Positions 40,489-51,110 of a stretch of DNA of 64,000 nucleotides are shown here, piece after piece. Source of the stretch: Candidatus Marinacidobacterales bacterium (GTDB lineage: Bacteria; Acidobacteriota; Vicinamibacteria; Marinacidobacterales; SMYC01); assembly GCA_965237955.1 (NCBI GenBank), contig OZ250169.1, positions 6,112,001 to 6,176,000 on the forward strand, written 5' to 3'. The position numbers and the translations under genes were made by a program. Each line of letters opens with the position of its first letter. Within the stretch, counting starts at the first letter, position 1. The notes beneath the pieces were generated by a model. That model ran no database searches and was not told where the DNA came from. It worked only from the letters and a program-made list of their open reading frames with translations.

Positions 40489-41559
40489 ATGAACGCTGTC
40501 ATTCTTGCGGGAGGCAAAGGCATTCGGCTGCGGCCCCTGACGCTGAACACGCCTAAACCGATTGTACCGATCCTCACGCGGCCGTTCTTGTCGCTCCAAA
40601 TCGATTTGCTCAAGAAAACGGGAATCGAGAATATCGTGTTGTCGCTCTCCTATCAGCCACGAAGGATCGAAGAGCTCTTCAGCGACGGTAGTGGGCTCGG
40701 CGTCAAGATCCACTACACCATGGAGCCCGAGCCACTCGGTACAGCTGGCGCGGTCAAGAATGCGGAGTCGCTCCTGGGCGGGCGCACAATCGTGTTCAAC
40801 GGGGACGTCTTGAGCGACCTCGACCTCGGCGCGGTGCTACGCTTCCATGAAGAGAACGACGCGAAGTGCACCATCGTCCTCACGCCGGTGGAAAATCCCA
40901 GCGCCTACGGTTTGGTCGAGACGGAATCGAATGGGAGCGTGAAACGTTTTCTCGAGAAGCCGAGCTACGACGAGATCACGTGCGACACCATCAACGCAGG
41001 CGTGTACGTGCTCGAGCCGGAGCTCCTCGACTACATCCCCGAGGGGAAGAACTATTCGTTCGAACGCGGCTTTTTTCCGAGCCTGCTACGCGACAACGTG
41101 CCGTTCTACGCTTATGTTCACCGTGGCTATTGGATCGATATCGGTACGCCGGAGAAATACCTCAAAGTCCACCGGGACATCTTGTCGGGCGCACTGCCCT
41201 TCGAAGGATTCACCCCGAATGCCGGAGGCACCTATGTCGACCCCAAGGCGAGTGTCGAGAGCGGAGCCAAGATTCAAGGCCCGGGCTACATCGGCGATGG
41301 CGTCACCGTCAAGGCGGGCGCCAACCTCGAGCCCTACGCCGTCCTCGGCACGAACTGTCGCATCGAGGAAGGTGCCACCGTCGGCAACTCGGTGCTGTGG
41401 TCCGGCGTCCGCATCGGCGCCGAAGCGCGGGTTCGAGGCGCGCTCGTCGGACGAAACGCCCACATCGGCCGCCACTCCATCGTCGACGGAGGCGTCGTGC
41501 TCGGCGACAAATCCGTTTTAACCGACTACAGTCGCATTACACCCCTGGACGATGGATAG
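40489..41559 (+). CDS. NDP-sugar pyrophosphorylase (mannose-1-phosphate guanylyltransferase-like)
   Basis: ILAGGKGIRLRPLT...PKP, EPLGTAG, FLEKP, WIDIGTP, C-terminal hexapeptide repeats. Confidence 0.9.
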   Translation: MNAVILAGGKGIRLRPLTLNTPKPIVPILTRPFLSLQIDLLKKTGIENIVLSLSYQPRRIEELFSDGSGLGVKIHYTMEPEPLGTAGAVKNAESLLGGRTIVFNGDVLSDLDLGAVLRFHEENDAKCTIVLTPVENPSAYGLVETESNGSVKRFLEKPSYDEITCDTINAGVYVLEPELLDYIPEGKNYSFERGFFPSLLRDNVPFYAYVHRGYWIDIGTPEKYLKVHRDILSGALPFEGFTPNAGGTYVDPKASVESGAKIQGPGYIGDGVTVKAGANLEPYAVLGTNCRIEEGATVGNSVLWSGVRIGAEARVRGALVGRNAHIGRHSIVDGGVVLGDKSVLTDYSRITPLDDG

Positions 41560-41573
41560 TTTCGTCGCGCGGT

Positions 41574-41706
41574 CGCCATCGGCCATCGGCCATCCGCAGG
41601 TCGGCGTCGTACACCGACGACGCTGCCATGAACAAGGTCGTCGAGAGCCTGTTAGCGGACGGCTGGTCGCGGCTAGCTGATGGCTGACGGCTGGTGGCCG
41701 ATGGCG
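41574..41706. repeat. Inverted arrays of 7-mer repeats upstream of tRNA-Gly
   Basis: (GGCCATC)n at 41574-41597 versus (GATGGCT/GACGGCT/GATGGCG) at 41676-41706; perfect 12-bp core CGCCATCGGCCA / TGGCCGATGGCG. Confidence 0.7.
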
Positions 41707-41732
41707 GATTTAAGTTATAATCACATGCTCTC

Positions 41733-41808
41733 GCGGGCGTAGCTCAGTTGGTAGAGTACTAGCTTCCCAAGCTTGGTGTCGCGGGTTCGAATCCCGTCGC
41801 CCGCTCCA
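41733..41808 (+). tRNA. tRNA-Gly (anticodon CCC)
   Basis: 76-nt cloverleaf with acceptor GCGGGCG/CGCCCGC, loop TTCCCAA, TTCGAAT, discriminator T and encoded CCA. TATAAT lies just upstream. Confidence 0.97.
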
Positions 41809-41857
41809 GAATTAGACCGTGGCCGGCACCACCTTGACAGCCGATTGAGGAGGATTT

Positions 41858-42358
41858 GTGGGATTGTTTAGTGGAAAGCCCGAGAACGAGCCGAGCCAGG
41901 CTGCGCCCAGCTCCTCGAAAGAGCGTGCTCCCACCCCGATCAAGCGTTCGACGACGGAAATACCGACGGTGATCGGCAAGGACGCCGTCGTCAAAGGTGA
42001 GCTGACGAGTCAGAACGACATGCTCATCGAGGGTCGCGTCGAAGGCAAGATCCGTGGAGCCCACCGGGTCGTCATCGGCGAGAGCGGAAACGTGCACGCG
42101 CAGGTGCACGCGCGCATCGTGTCCGTACACGGAGAAGTTCACGGCGACTGTGAGGCCTCGAAAAAAGTAGAGATCACGGCGACCGGAAAAGTCTTCGGCA
42201 ACATCTCTGCAGAAGCGATCGTCGTTGCCGAAGGCGCGACGTTCCGGGGCTCCAGCAGAATGACGAAACCCTCGCAGCCAAAGCCGGTCGAAGCCAAGGC
42301 AACGACCAAACCACCGCGGTCGACCGACCGGCCTCCCCCGACGCCTAGCGTCAGCTGA
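41858..42358 (+). CDS. Bactofilin (polymer-forming cytoskeletal protein)
   Basis: TVIGKDAVVKGEL...IEGRVEGKI...VIGESG.V...V.G.V.G...GA.FRG; GAGGAGG RBS. Confidence 0.92.
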   Translation: MGLFSGKPENEPSQAAPSSSKERAPTPIKRSTTEIPTVIGKDAVVKGELTSQNDMLIEGRVEGKIRGAHRVVIGESGNVHAQVHARIVSVHGEVHGDCEASKKVEITATGKVFGNISAEAIVVAEGATFRGSSRMTKPSQPKPVEAKATTKPPRSTDRPPPTPSVS

Positions 42359-42412
42359 CGCGCAAGCGGGTACCGTCAACCAGACGCAACGAGTTTGTCA
42401 GGAAGCGAAACG

Positions 42413-43525
42413 ATGAAGATTGGAACAGTCACCGAGATCCAAGACCACGAGTATCGCGTCGGCCTCGTTCCCGGCGGTGTCAAAGCGCTGACCGCTGCAG
42501 GACACGAAGTCGTCATCCAGAACAACGCCGGCGTCGGTAGCGGCATCAACAACGAAGAATACGAAGCGGCAGGCGCGACCATCCTCGACACCGCGGATGA
42601 GATCTTCGCCACCGCGGATATGGTCATCAAGGTCAAAGAGCCACTTGCCAGCGAAGTTGCCAAGCTGCGCGAAGACCAGATCCTGTTTACGTATCTTCAT
42701 CTTGCTCCGCTTCAAGAGCTCACCCAAAGGCTGCTCGATCGCGGTGTCGCCGGTGTCGCCTTCGAAACGATCACGGCGCCGGATCGTTCGCTTCCCCTGC
42801 TCACACCAATGAGCGAGGTCGCGGGGCGCATGGCCATTCAAGAAGGCGCGCACTATCTCGAAAAGGCCGAGGGAGGACTGGGTACGCTCCTCGGCGGCGT
42901 TCCCGGCGTTCCGCGCGGCAGGATTTCGATCATTGGCGGCGGTGTCGTCGGTTTAAACGCATGCAAGATGGCGGTGGGCCTAGGGGCGCAGGTGACGATT
43001 CTCGAGAAAAGCCACGCGCGCATGCAATACCTCGACGACATTTTCGAAGGCAGGATCACGACGCTGATGTCGAACCCATTGGCGATCCACGAAACCGTCA
43101 AAGAAGCCGACCTCGTCATCGGCGCGGTTCTGATCCCGGGCGCTGCAGCACCGCGCATCGTGACGCGACAGATGGTCAGCGACATGAAAAACGGCGCGGT
43201 CATCATCGACGTGGCCGTCGACCAAGGAGGCTGCATCGAGACGACACGACCGACGACGCACAGTGATCCGACCTTCGTCGTCGACGGAGTCGTGCATTAC
43301 TGTGTCGCGAACATGCCCGGCGCCGTTCCACGAACGTCGACGTTCGCGCTCACCAACGTCACGCTCCCCTATGCCCTCGACATCGCGGACAACGGACTCA
43401 AAGACGCGGCTCTATCCAACCCAGGTCTGAAGGCCGGAGTGAATACATACAAGGGTAAAGTCACGTGTGAGCCTGTGGCGAAATCTCAAAATCGCGAGTT
43501 CACACCCGTCGAAGAGCTACTCTGA
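42413..43525 (+). CDS. ald: Alanine dehydrogenase
   Basis: [49 protein letters not shown]. Confidence 0.96.
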   Translation: MKIGTVTEIQDHEYRVGLVPGGVKALTAAGHEVVIQNNAGVGSGINNEEYEAAGATILDTADEIFATADMVIKVKEPLASEVAKLREDQILFTYLHLAPLQELTQRLLDRGVAGVAFETITAPDRSLPLLTPMSEVAGRMAIQEGAHYLEKAEGGLGTLLGGVPGVPRGRISIIGGGVVGLNACKMAVGLGAQVTILEKSHARMQYLDDIFEGRITTLMSNPLAIHETVKEADLVIGAVLIPGAAAPRIVTRQMVSDMKNGAVIIDVAVDQGGCIETTRPTTHSDPTFVVDGVVHYCVANMPGAVPRTSTFALTNVTLPYALDIADNGLKDAALSNPGLKAGVNTYKGKVTCEPVAKSQNREFTPVEELL

Positions 43526-43527
43526 GA

Positions 43528-44349
43528 TTGCCGTTCCGACTCATTATTGACGGCGGGGCCGATGGCGCCTGGAACATGGCGGTCGACGAGGCCCTGCTCG
43601 GATCCGCGATGAAGCCGGGTGCAATCCCGACGCTGCGGCTCTATCACTTCCACCGTCCAACGGTCACATACGGCTACGGTCAAGACGTGGCGCAAGCGGT
43701 GAACCAAGCCGCTTGCCGCGACAAAAACGTTGAATGTGTCCGGCGTATCACCGGCGGACGGGCACTCCTGCACCAGCACGAGCTCACCTACAGCATCGCT
43801 GCGCCACCTTTCGCGCGCTCGGTGAGATCAGCGTATCAGTCCGTGACCGGTGCAGTGCGAAGCGCCCTCCAACGGCTCGGGGTACCCGTCGACCCGCCCG
43901 GGGCACCTAGTGAGGACGACACGGCGCGCGCACCGGATCATCTACCTTGTTTGGCCGTTCCCACGGGCCACGAGATCACGGCTGGGGGCAGGAAAGTCGT
44001 CGCGAGCGCCATGCGGTTCCGCCGCCGTGGGTTTCTGCTCCACGGCTCTATTCTTTGGTCCATCGACCGGCCGCTTTCGAAACAGGTGACCCGACTCGGC
44101 GATCAGGACGCGTTTCCGGCGGTGGGCATCCGGGAGCTCGATGCCCCCGCGTTCGGGGAGGCCGAGCTCGTCGAGGCTCTATCTTCTGCGTTCGAAGAAC
44201 TTCTGGGTGCGCCCGCAATGCCGGGCGCGCTGAGCCCGGAGGAGTCGGAGCGCGTATCAGCCCTCACGGAGAAATACCGGTCGGAGGGCTGGGCCAGGAG
44301 CCGGCACGCTGGATCCCGTTTGGTTGACAACTCGGAAGCCGTTTGGTAA
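43528..44349 (+). CDS. Lipoate-protein ligase / LipM-type octanoyltransferase family
   Basis: NMAVDEAL, RRITGGRALLH, ELTYS, GRKVVASA, HGSI. Confidence 0.88.
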   Translation: MPFRLIIDGGADGAWNMAVDEALLGSAMKPGAIPTLRLYHFHRPTVTYGYGQDVAQAVNQAACRDKNVECVRRITGGRALLHQHELTYSIAAPPFARSVRSAYQSVTGAVRSALQRLGVPVDPPGAPSEDDTARAPDHLPCLAVPTGHEITAGGRKVVASAMRFRRRGFLLHGSILWSIDRPLSKQVTRLGDQDAFPAVGIRELDAPAFGEAELVEALSSAFEELLGAPAMPGALSPEESERVSALTEKYRSEGWARSRHAGSRLVDNSEAVW

Positions 44350-44381
44350 AAATCATTTAGCGCGATATTACTTGTCGCTAA
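44324..44381 (+). promoter_or_regulatory. sigma70 promoter and CIRCE-like operator upstream of hrcA
   Basis: TTGACA-N17-TAAAAA with TG extension, followed by TTAGCG-N13-CGCTAA (44357-44381). Confidence 0.65.
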
Positions 44382-44410
44382 CCTCCGTGACACACAAAGG
44401 ACAATGGACG

Positions 44411-45478
44411 ATGGATGCCTCCGCACTCGATGGCCGTAGCCGCGAGATCCTGCGTCAGGCCGTCCATATCTTCATTACCACTGGCGAGCCGGTCGGATCG
44501 AGAACACTCTCGAAAGTCAACGAGCGCGGGTTCTCGGCCGCAACGATCCGAAACGTCATGTCCGACCTCGAAGAGGCTGGTTTCCTCTACCAGCCGTACA
44601 CGTCAGCGGGTCGGGTCCCGACGGATCGCGGCTACCGGTTCTATGTGAGCACGTTGATGGAAGACTCGGTGTTGCAGCCGCCCGATTGGCAATGGATTCA
44701 CGATCAGATGTTGCCGAACGAAGCTGGTCTCGGCGGGCCCAGCGGTCTCGTTCAACGAACGACGCGCCTTTTGGCGACGATGACCGGGATGGTAGGATTT
44801 GTTACCGGCCCAGACAGCCAACACAGTGTGTTGCGCCATGTCGATTTCGTTCGGATGGCACCGCGACGCTTGCTCGTGGTGCTCGTCACTCAAGCCGGTC
44901 ACGTGACGAACCGCATCGTGGAGATCTCAGAAGAGCTCAGAGGCGAAGACCTCCTCCAATGTGCACGATATCTCGAAGAGCAATTTCGCGGGTACACCCT
45001 GTCCGAAGCACGGGAGATGCTGATGACGCGTCTCCAGGAGCTCGAAGCTGTCGTCAATGACCTGGTGCGCAATGCGCTCACCATCGCCGATGCCGCCTTC
45101 TCGGAGGAGCTGACTTCGGAAGTTCACGTCGAAGGAACTTCGAGCGTTTTGAGCGAGCCCGAGTTCGTGAAGAACATCGAACGTGCGCAGCAGCTCCTCG
45201 CGACACTCGAACAGCGACACAGATTGGTCGGGATTCTCAACGCCTGCCTCGAAGGACCCGAAGTGCGGATCGTTATCGGTTCGGAAGCGCAGGTGCCGGA
45301 TCTCGAAGGCATCTCTCTGATCGGCGCCCGATACAGCAACGGCAGCCGAGACCTGGGGTCGATTGGCATCATGGGCCCCACGCGCATGGAGTATGCCCGA
45401 CATATTTCCGTAGTTGACTACATAGCGAGCTCTTTGTCGGCCGCGATTGCACAGGTTGGGCAAGAGCAAACAAATTAA
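44411..45478 (+). CDS. hrcA: Heat-inducible transcription repressor
   Basis: GEPVGSRTL, SAATIRNVMSDLE, TSAGRVPTDRGYRFYV, GPTRMEY. Confidence 0.96.
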   Translation: MDASALDGRSREILRQAVHIFITTGEPVGSRTLSKVNERGFSAATIRNVMSDLEEAGFLYQPYTSAGRVPTDRGYRFYVSTLMEDSVLQPPDWQWIHDQMLPNEAGLGGPSGLVQRTTRLLATMTGMVGFVTGPDSQHSVLRHVDFVRMAPRRLLVVLVTQAGHVTNRIVEISEELRGEDLLQCARYLEEQFRGYTLSEAREMLMTRLQELEAVVNDLVRNALTIADAAFSEELTSEVHVEGTSSVLSEPEFVKNIERAQQLLATLEQRHRLVGILNACLEGPEVRIVIGSEAQVPDLEGISLIGARYSNGSRDLGSIGIMGPTRMEYARHISVVDYIASSLSAAIAQVGQEQTN

Positions 45479-45568
45479 TTCAATCGAAGCACGCAACCGC
45501 GATCGATCTCCGCATCGATCACCGAAGGGAACGGACGCGGGTGCGTTCGTTTTGATACGTGAGTACTA

Positions 45569-46300
45569 ATGTCGAGAAAAAGACGCCACAAAAAACGCCG
45601 TACTGATGAAGCCGAAGCCGAAGTCGGAGTCGAGACCGAGACGGTCAAAGTCGCGGCACCAGTGGTAGAACCGATTGAAGATGATATCGAACGCGAACAC
45701 GAAGCGAGCTCCGACGCCTCTTCCGATCCACCGGAGGAGGCGGAGGAGCCCGGGCCCGAAGACGCCAGAGGCCGGGACGACGAAGAGCTCGAACGCCTCG
45801 CGGCCGAAGCCCGGGAAATGCGTTCGCTGGCGCAGCGCAAGCAGGCCGAGTTCGAAAACTACCGAAGACGTATCGAGCGCGAGCGCGCCGAAACCGTCAA
45901 ATACGCCGCGGCGGACGTCATAAAGGAGATACTACCGGTGCTGGACAATCTCGAGCGTGCCATGGAAGCAGCAAAGTCCGCTCCGACCGAGGGCGAAGGC
46001 CAGCTTCGCGAAGGCGTCGAGATCATCTGCAAGCAGTTTCGAGACACTCTGGACAAGCTGGGGCTGACCGAAGTGGACGCACAAGAGGCGCCTTTCGACC
46101 CGCACGTCCACGAGGCGGTGGCCCGCGTGGAAACGGACGAACATCCTGAAGGAACGGTGGTGAGAGTCCTCCAGAAGGGTTACTTCTTCAAGGACCGGCT
46201 GCTGAGGCCCTCGATGGTAAGCGTGTCACTACCCACCGGTGGCGGGTCATCGCAGCAAGACCACGAAAGCGAAGACGAAGCCGTTCGGCAGGGAGAGTGA
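45569..46300 (+). CDS. grpE: Nucleotide exchange factor
   Basis: AEFENYRRR, LPVLDNLERA, FDPHVHEA, QKGY...LRP. Confidence 0.96.
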   Translation: MSRKRRHKKRRTDEAEAEVGVETETVKVAAPVVEPIEDDIEREHEASSDASSDPPEEAEEPGPEDARGRDDEELERLAAEAREMRSLAQRKQAEFENYRRRIERERAETVKYAAADVIKEILPVLDNLERAMEAAKSAPTEGEGQLREGVEIICKQFRDTLDKLGLTEVDAQEAPFDPHVHEAVARVETDEHPEGTVVRVLQKGYFFKDRLLRPSMVSVSLPTGGGSSQQDHESEDEAVRQGE

Positions 46301-46338
46301 CACTAAGAAATGCCAAATGACGAGCAAGGAGCCATACA

Positions 46339-48138
46339 TTGAGTAAGGTCGTCGGTATCGATCTCGGAACCACGAACTCGTGCATCGTGGTGATGGAAGG
46401 TGGCACACCGCAGGTGATCCCGAACCAGGAAGGGGCGCGCACGACCCCGTCCATCGTGGCTTTCACCAACAAAGGCGAAAGGCTCGTCGGACAAATCGCC
46501 AAGCGCCAAGCGTTGACCAACCCCCAGAACACGGTGTACAGCGTCAAGCGTTTGATCGGGCGCCGCTTCAACTCGCCGCAGATCCAGTCCGCGGCCAAAG
46601 TACTCCCTTACGAGATCATCGAAGCGACGAACGGCGACGCTCACATTCAGATCGACGACAAGGTCTACAGCCCGCCCGAGATCGCTGCCGTCGTCCTGCA
46701 AAAGCTGAAGGCGGCCGCCGAGGACTATTTAGGCGAGCCCGTGGAAGAGGCGATCATCACCGTTCCGGCGTACTTCAACGACTCCCAGCGCCAAGCGACC
46801 AAGGACGCCGGACAAATCGCCGGCCTCGATGTACAGCGCATCTTGAACGAGCCCACGGCGGCTTCCCTCGCCTACGGGATGACGCACAACGCGTCCGGCA
46901 AAGTCGCGGTCTACGACCTCGGCGGCGGCACGTTCGATATCTCGATCCTCGAGCTGAGCGACGGCATCTATCAGGTGCTCGCCACCGGCGGTGACACCTA
47001 CCTCGGCGGTGAAGACTTCGACCAGCTGATCATCAACTGGCTCGTGGAAGAGTTCCAGAAAGATCACGGAATCGACCTCACCGGCGACCGCATGGCGCTC
47101 CAACGGCTCAAAGAGGCCGCGGAGAAAGCGAAGTGCGAGCTCTCCACTCAGGCCCAGGCCGAGGTCGTCCTGCCGTTCATCTCAGCGAACCAGAGCGGAC
47201 CCAAGCACCTCAACACCGTGCTCACCAAGACGAAGTTCGAGCAGATGATCGAGCCTCTGCTCGAGAGAACGCGCAAGCCGTGTGAAGACGCGCTCAAACA
47301 GGCCGGCATCTCCGCATCCGATCTCGACGACGTCATCCCTGTCGGCGGTCAGACACGAACGCCGAAGGTTTTCGAGGCGATCCAGCAGATCTTCGGCAGG
47401 GAGCCGAACCGCAGCGTCAACCCGGACGAAGTGGTCTCGATCGGCGCCGCGATTCAAACCGGTATCATGCAGGGCGAGGTTACCGACCTCGTGCTGCTCG
47501 ACGTCACCCCGCACACGCTCGGTATCGAGACCAAGGATGGAACGTTCACGCCGCTCATCGACAGGAATGCCAACATCCCGACGAAGAAGAGCCGAATATT
47601 CACCACCGTCACCGACAACCAGACCAAAGTGGAAGTGCACGTTCTCCAGGGTGAAGGCACGATGGCGCACGAGAACACGTCACTGGGTCGCTTCATGCTG
47701 ACCGACGTCGCGCCGGCACCGAAGGGCGTCCCTCAAGTCGAAGTCATCTTCGAGATCGACGTGAACGGCATCGTCCAAGTGACCGCGTTGGATCAGGCGA
47801 CTGGACGTCAGCAGAACATCACCGTGCGCGCGGCCAGCGGGCTCACCCAGTCCGAAGTCGAAAAGGCGAAAACCGAGTCCGACCAACAAGCCCAGCTCGA
47901 AGCGGGACTCAAAGAGCGCGACCGTATCGTCGGCCAGCTCCAGGGCCTCAACCAGAGCACGCGCAAGACCTTCGAGCTTCTGTCAGCGAAGCTCACCGAT
48001 CAGGAGCGTGACTCCGCCACGGAGGCGCTCACCCACGCTGAGAAAGCCAAGGAAGGCTCGATCGAAGATCTTCAATCTGCGCTCGCGCAGCTCGAGACGA
48101 CGGCCGAAGCTCTCGGCCAGGCTATGCTCCGCGGCTAA
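46339..48138 (+). CDS. dnaK: Chaperone DnaK (TTG start)
   Basis: [32 protein letters not shown]; AGGAG RBS. Confidence 0.96.
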   Translation: MSKVVGIDLGTTNSCIVVMEGGTPQVIPNQEGARTTPSIVAFTNKGERLVGQIAKRQALTNPQNTVYSVKRLIGRRFNSPQIQSAAKVLPYEIIEATNGDAHIQIDDKVYSPPEIAAVVLQKLKAAAEDYLGEPVEEAIITVPAYFNDSQRQATKDAGQIAGLDVQRILNEPTAASLAYGMTHNASGKVAVYDLGGGTFDISILELSDGIYQVLATGGDTYLGGEDFDQLIINWLVEEFQKDHGIDLTGDRMALQRLKEAAEKAKCELSTQAQAEVVLPFISANQSGPKHLNTVLTKTKFEQMIEPLLERTRKPCEDALKQAGISASDLDDVIPVGGQTRTPKVFEAIQQIFGREPNRSVNPDEVVSIGAAIQTGIMQGEVTDLVLLDVTPHTLGIETKDGTFTPLIDRNANIPTKKSRIFTTVTDNQTKVEVHVLQGEGTMAHENTSLGRFMLTDVAPAPKGVPQVEVIFEIDVNGIVQVTALDQATGRQQNITVRAASGLTQSEVEKAKTESDQQAQLEAGLKERDRIVGQLQGLNQSTRKTFELLSAKLTDQERDSATEALTHAEKAKEGSIEDLQSALAQLETTAEALGQAMLRG

Positions 48139-48210
48139 GAAAACCCGCGTTCCACCCGCGGTCCGGGGCGTAAGTATTTATAATGAATCGAATCGCCCGG
48201 GAGACTCGTA

Positions 48211-49338
48211 TTGACTAGTACTGCAAAACGCGATTACTACGAAGTGCTCGGCATCGACCGCCAGGCGAGCCAGCAAGAGGTGAAGAAGGCTTACCGCCGT
48301 CTCGCCGTCCAATACCACCCCGACAAGAATCCTGGCGACCCCGCAGCCGAAGACTCCTTCAAGGAAGCGGCCGAAGCCTACAGCATTCTCGGCGACGAGG
48401 ACAAACGTGCCGTCTACAATCGCTACGGGCACGAAGGGCTGCGCGGCGGACCGCAAGTCAACTCCGACATCTTTCGCGAGTTCAGCGACATTTTCGGTGG
48501 CGGCAGCATCTTCGAAGATCTGTTCGGTGATTTTTTCGGAGGCGGCCAAAGACGCCCGCAACGCGGAGCAGATCTTCGCTACGATCTCGAGATCACGTTC
48601 GAAGAAGCCGTCAGAGGCACCGAGACGCGCATTCTCGTCCCGCGCAACGAGCTGTGCGATACCTGTCAGGGCTCGGGCACCAAGCCGGGAACCCGGAAAC
48701 AACAGTGCGCAACGTGCGGCGGCCACGGGCAGGTCCGCTACCAGCAAGGCTTTCTCGTCGTCGCCCGGCCGTGCCCCGATTGCCGGGGAGCCGGTCAGTT
48801 CATTCCCAACCCTTGCGCCGAGTGCTCCGGCACAGGCCATGTCGTCCGAGAGCGCCAGCTAACCCTCAAGATCCCGGCCGGCGTCGATACCGGCTCGCGG
48901 ATTCGATCAATAGGCCACGGCGAAGCGGCTCCACGCGGTGGACATCCCGGTGATCTCTACGTCGTTCTCACCGTGAAGCCGCACAAGATCTTCCGCCGGG
49001 ACGGCGAAGATATTCTTCTCGAGCTTCCGCTCACGTACTCTCAGGCTGCGCTCGGCGCGGATGTCGACGTACCCACCATCCACGGCTCGGAACCTATAGC
49101 CATCCCCGCCGGCACACAAACCGGAACGAGGATCCGCATCCGCAACAAGGGCGTTCCGCGGCTCAACGGAGGGGGTAAGGGCGATCAAATCGTCTTCGTC
49201 ACCGTCGTGACGCCGCAAAAGCTCACAAAAGAACAGCGAAGCCTGCTGGAAAAGCTGGGAGACATCACTCCACCGCCGAAGGTCGGCGAGCGCGCCACCG
49301 GGAAGGAAAAAAGCTTCTTCGAGAAGCTCTTTGGCTAG
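48211..49338 (+). CDS. dnaJ: Chaperone DnaJ
   Basis: HPD motif, G/F region, four CxxCxGxG repeats. Confidence 0.97.
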   Translation: MTSTAKRDYYEVLGIDRQASQQEVKKAYRRLAVQYHPDKNPGDPAAEDSFKEAAEAYSILGDEDKRAVYNRYGHEGLRGGPQVNSDIFREFSDIFGGGSIFEDLFGDFFGGGQRRPQRGADLRYDLEITFEEAVRGTETRILVPRNELCDTCQGSGTKPGTRKQQCATCGGHGQVRYQQGFLVVARPCPDCRGAGQFIPNPCAECSGTGHVVRERQLTLKIPAGVDTGSRIRSIGHGEAAPRGGHPGDLYVVLTVKPHKIFRRDGEDILLELPLTYSQAALGADVDVPTIHGSEPIAIPAGTQTGTRIRIRNKGVPRLNGGGKGDQIVFVTVVTPQKLTKEQRSLLEKLGDITPPPKVGERATGKEKSFFEKLFG

Positions 49339-49837
49339 TTATCCTCTTCTAGAGCTGACGGGCTCCGCGGAAGAGCTCGAGATCGCGACCGCGTTTGTTC
49401 ACGAGCACGGCCGTCTAGGAACCGAAGAACCTGACGATGCGTCCTCACTGCGCGTTTACTTTACGGAGTCCGTAAACATCCACGCTATCGTCGACGAGCT
49501 CGGGCGGAACCTGCCTTCGCTAATCTGCCGCGTCGCCACTCCGGTTCGGAGTCGCGACTGGCTCGCCGAGTGGAAGGCCGAGCTCGAAGGTTTCTCCATA
49601 GGCTCGCGATACTTCGTGCTCCCGACGTGGAAACCGAACGTCGAGACGACGCGAACGGTGTTGCGCATCGATCCCGAGCAAGCGTTCGGCACCGGGCCCA
49701 CGAGACCACACTACTCTCGGTCGAGCTCGTCGAAAAGTACGTTTCCGCTGGATGCAGTGTGATCGACGTTATGTTTCGGTTCAGCTGGAACATGACAGTC
49801 CTGAAGTTAAAATACGCACATGGAAAAAGGAGCTGTC

Positions 49838-50170
49838 ATGAGCAAAGGTCGTCGTCGTCACACTGCGGAGCAAAAGGCAGAGCTGTTGCGCCAGCACGTT
49901 GCCGAGAAAAAGCCGGTCTCGGAGGTATGCAACGAGGCAGAAATCCAGCCGAGCCTGTTCTACACATGGCAAAGGGAGCTATTGGCTGGAGCCCATACGG
50001 TGTTTTCGTTCCGTCGTGCGCCGAGCCGTGAGAAGGAGCTAGAGGAGAAGCTCTCCCGTCTCAAGGCGAAGGTGGCCCGTAAGGATCAGATCATCGCTGA
50101 GGTGACCGAAGAGTACGTGACACTCAAAAAAAACTTGGGGAAGCCTGAGTGGTGCCTGGATTCCCCATGA
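49838..50170 (+). CDS. IS3 OrfA (HTH)
   Basis: RRRHTAEQKAELL...VSEVCNE..IQPSLFYTWQ; ends near the A8 slippery run. Confidence 0.88.
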   Translation: MSKGRRRHTAEQKAELLRQHVAEKKPVSEVCNEAEIQPSLFYTWQRELLAGAHTVFSFRRAPSREKELEEKLSRLKAKVARKDQIIAEVTEEYVTLKKNLGKPEWCLDSP

Positions 50171-51110
50171 CCGTCGTGACGAGGTTGTCGACTTCGTGAA
50201 CACAATCGCCACCAAGACCCAGCTTCCGGTCCAGCAGATCGTTCAGTGGTGCGGGATCGCTCGGGGCAAGTTCTACGACTGGCGCAAGCGGTACGGGAAG
50301 GTGAATGAGCACAACGGCCTGGTGCCGCGGGATCACTGGATCGAAGAATGGGAGCGCCAGTCCGTGATCGACTACTTCGACTGCCACCCACTGGACGGGT
50401 ATCGCCGACTCACGTTCATGATGCTGGACGAAGACGTGGTGGCAGTTAGCCCCTCGACGACGTACCGGGTGTTGTCGAAGGCGGGTCGTCTGGACCGTTG
50501 GAACCCGAAGCCGTCGAAGAAGGGAACGGGCTTCGTTCAGCCGCTGCGAGCGCACCAGCACTGGCACACGGATATCTCGTACTTGAACCTGGGTGGGACG
50601 TTCTACTACCTCTGCTCGTTTCTGGATGGTGCGAGCCGCGCGGTGGTTCACTGGGAGATTCGTGAGTCGATGACGGAAGCGGATGTGGAGTGCATCTTGG
50701 AGCGAGCAAAGGAGCGGTACCCCGATGCGCGGCCTCGAATCATCTCGGACAACGGTCCGCAGTACATCGCGAAGGACTTCAAGGCATTCATCCGCATCTC
50801 AGGGATGACGCACGTGAGGACCGCGCCGTACTACCCGCAATCGAACGGGAAGATTGAGCGTTGGCACAAGACGATAAAATCGGACGCCCTGCGTCCTGCC
50901 AGCCCCACGAGCCTCGAAGAGGCTCGCCGCTTGATGGGACGATTCGTCGAATATTACAACGGGGTTCGCCTGCACAGCGCGATCGGCTACATTGCGCCGC
51001 TGGACTTCATGGATGGCAAGGCCACCCAGATCTGGTCGGAGCGAGACCGCAAACTCGAGCAGGCTCGGAAGCTGCGGCGTGAGCGCCGTGCGAACAAGGT
51101 GCCCGCATGA
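50124..51110 (+). CDS. IS3 OrfB (rve/DDE integrase core), expressed as a frameshift fusion
   Basis: WHTDISY, ISDNGPQY, PQSNGKIER, RLHSAIGY; frame is open back to the A8 run (KKTWGSLSGAWIPHD). Confidence 0.92.
   Translation, partial: SKKTWGSLSGAWIPHDRRDEVVDFVNTIATKTQLPVQQIVQWCGIARGKFYDWRKRYGKVNEHNGLVPRDHWIEEWERQSVIDYFDCHPLDGYRRLTFMMLDEDVVAVSPSTTYRVLSKAGRLDRWNPKPSKKGTGFVQPLRAHQHWHTDISYLNLGGTFYYLCSFLDGASRAVVHWEIRESMTEADVECILERAKERYPDARPRIISDNGPQYIAKDFKAFIRISGMTHVRTAPYYPQSNGKIERWHKTIKSDALRPASPTSLEEARRLMGRFVEYYNGVRLHSAIGYIAPLDFMDGKATQIWSERDRKLEQARKLRRERRANKVPA

Noticed and set aside
41628-41687. Tiny ORF MNKVVESLLADGWSRLADG
   Set aside because: Largely produced by the heptamer repeats; no clear RBS or homology.
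41733-41830. tRNA-Gly as an integration site
   Set aside because: No integrase or duplicated tRNA 3' end was seen, and the downstream genes are core.
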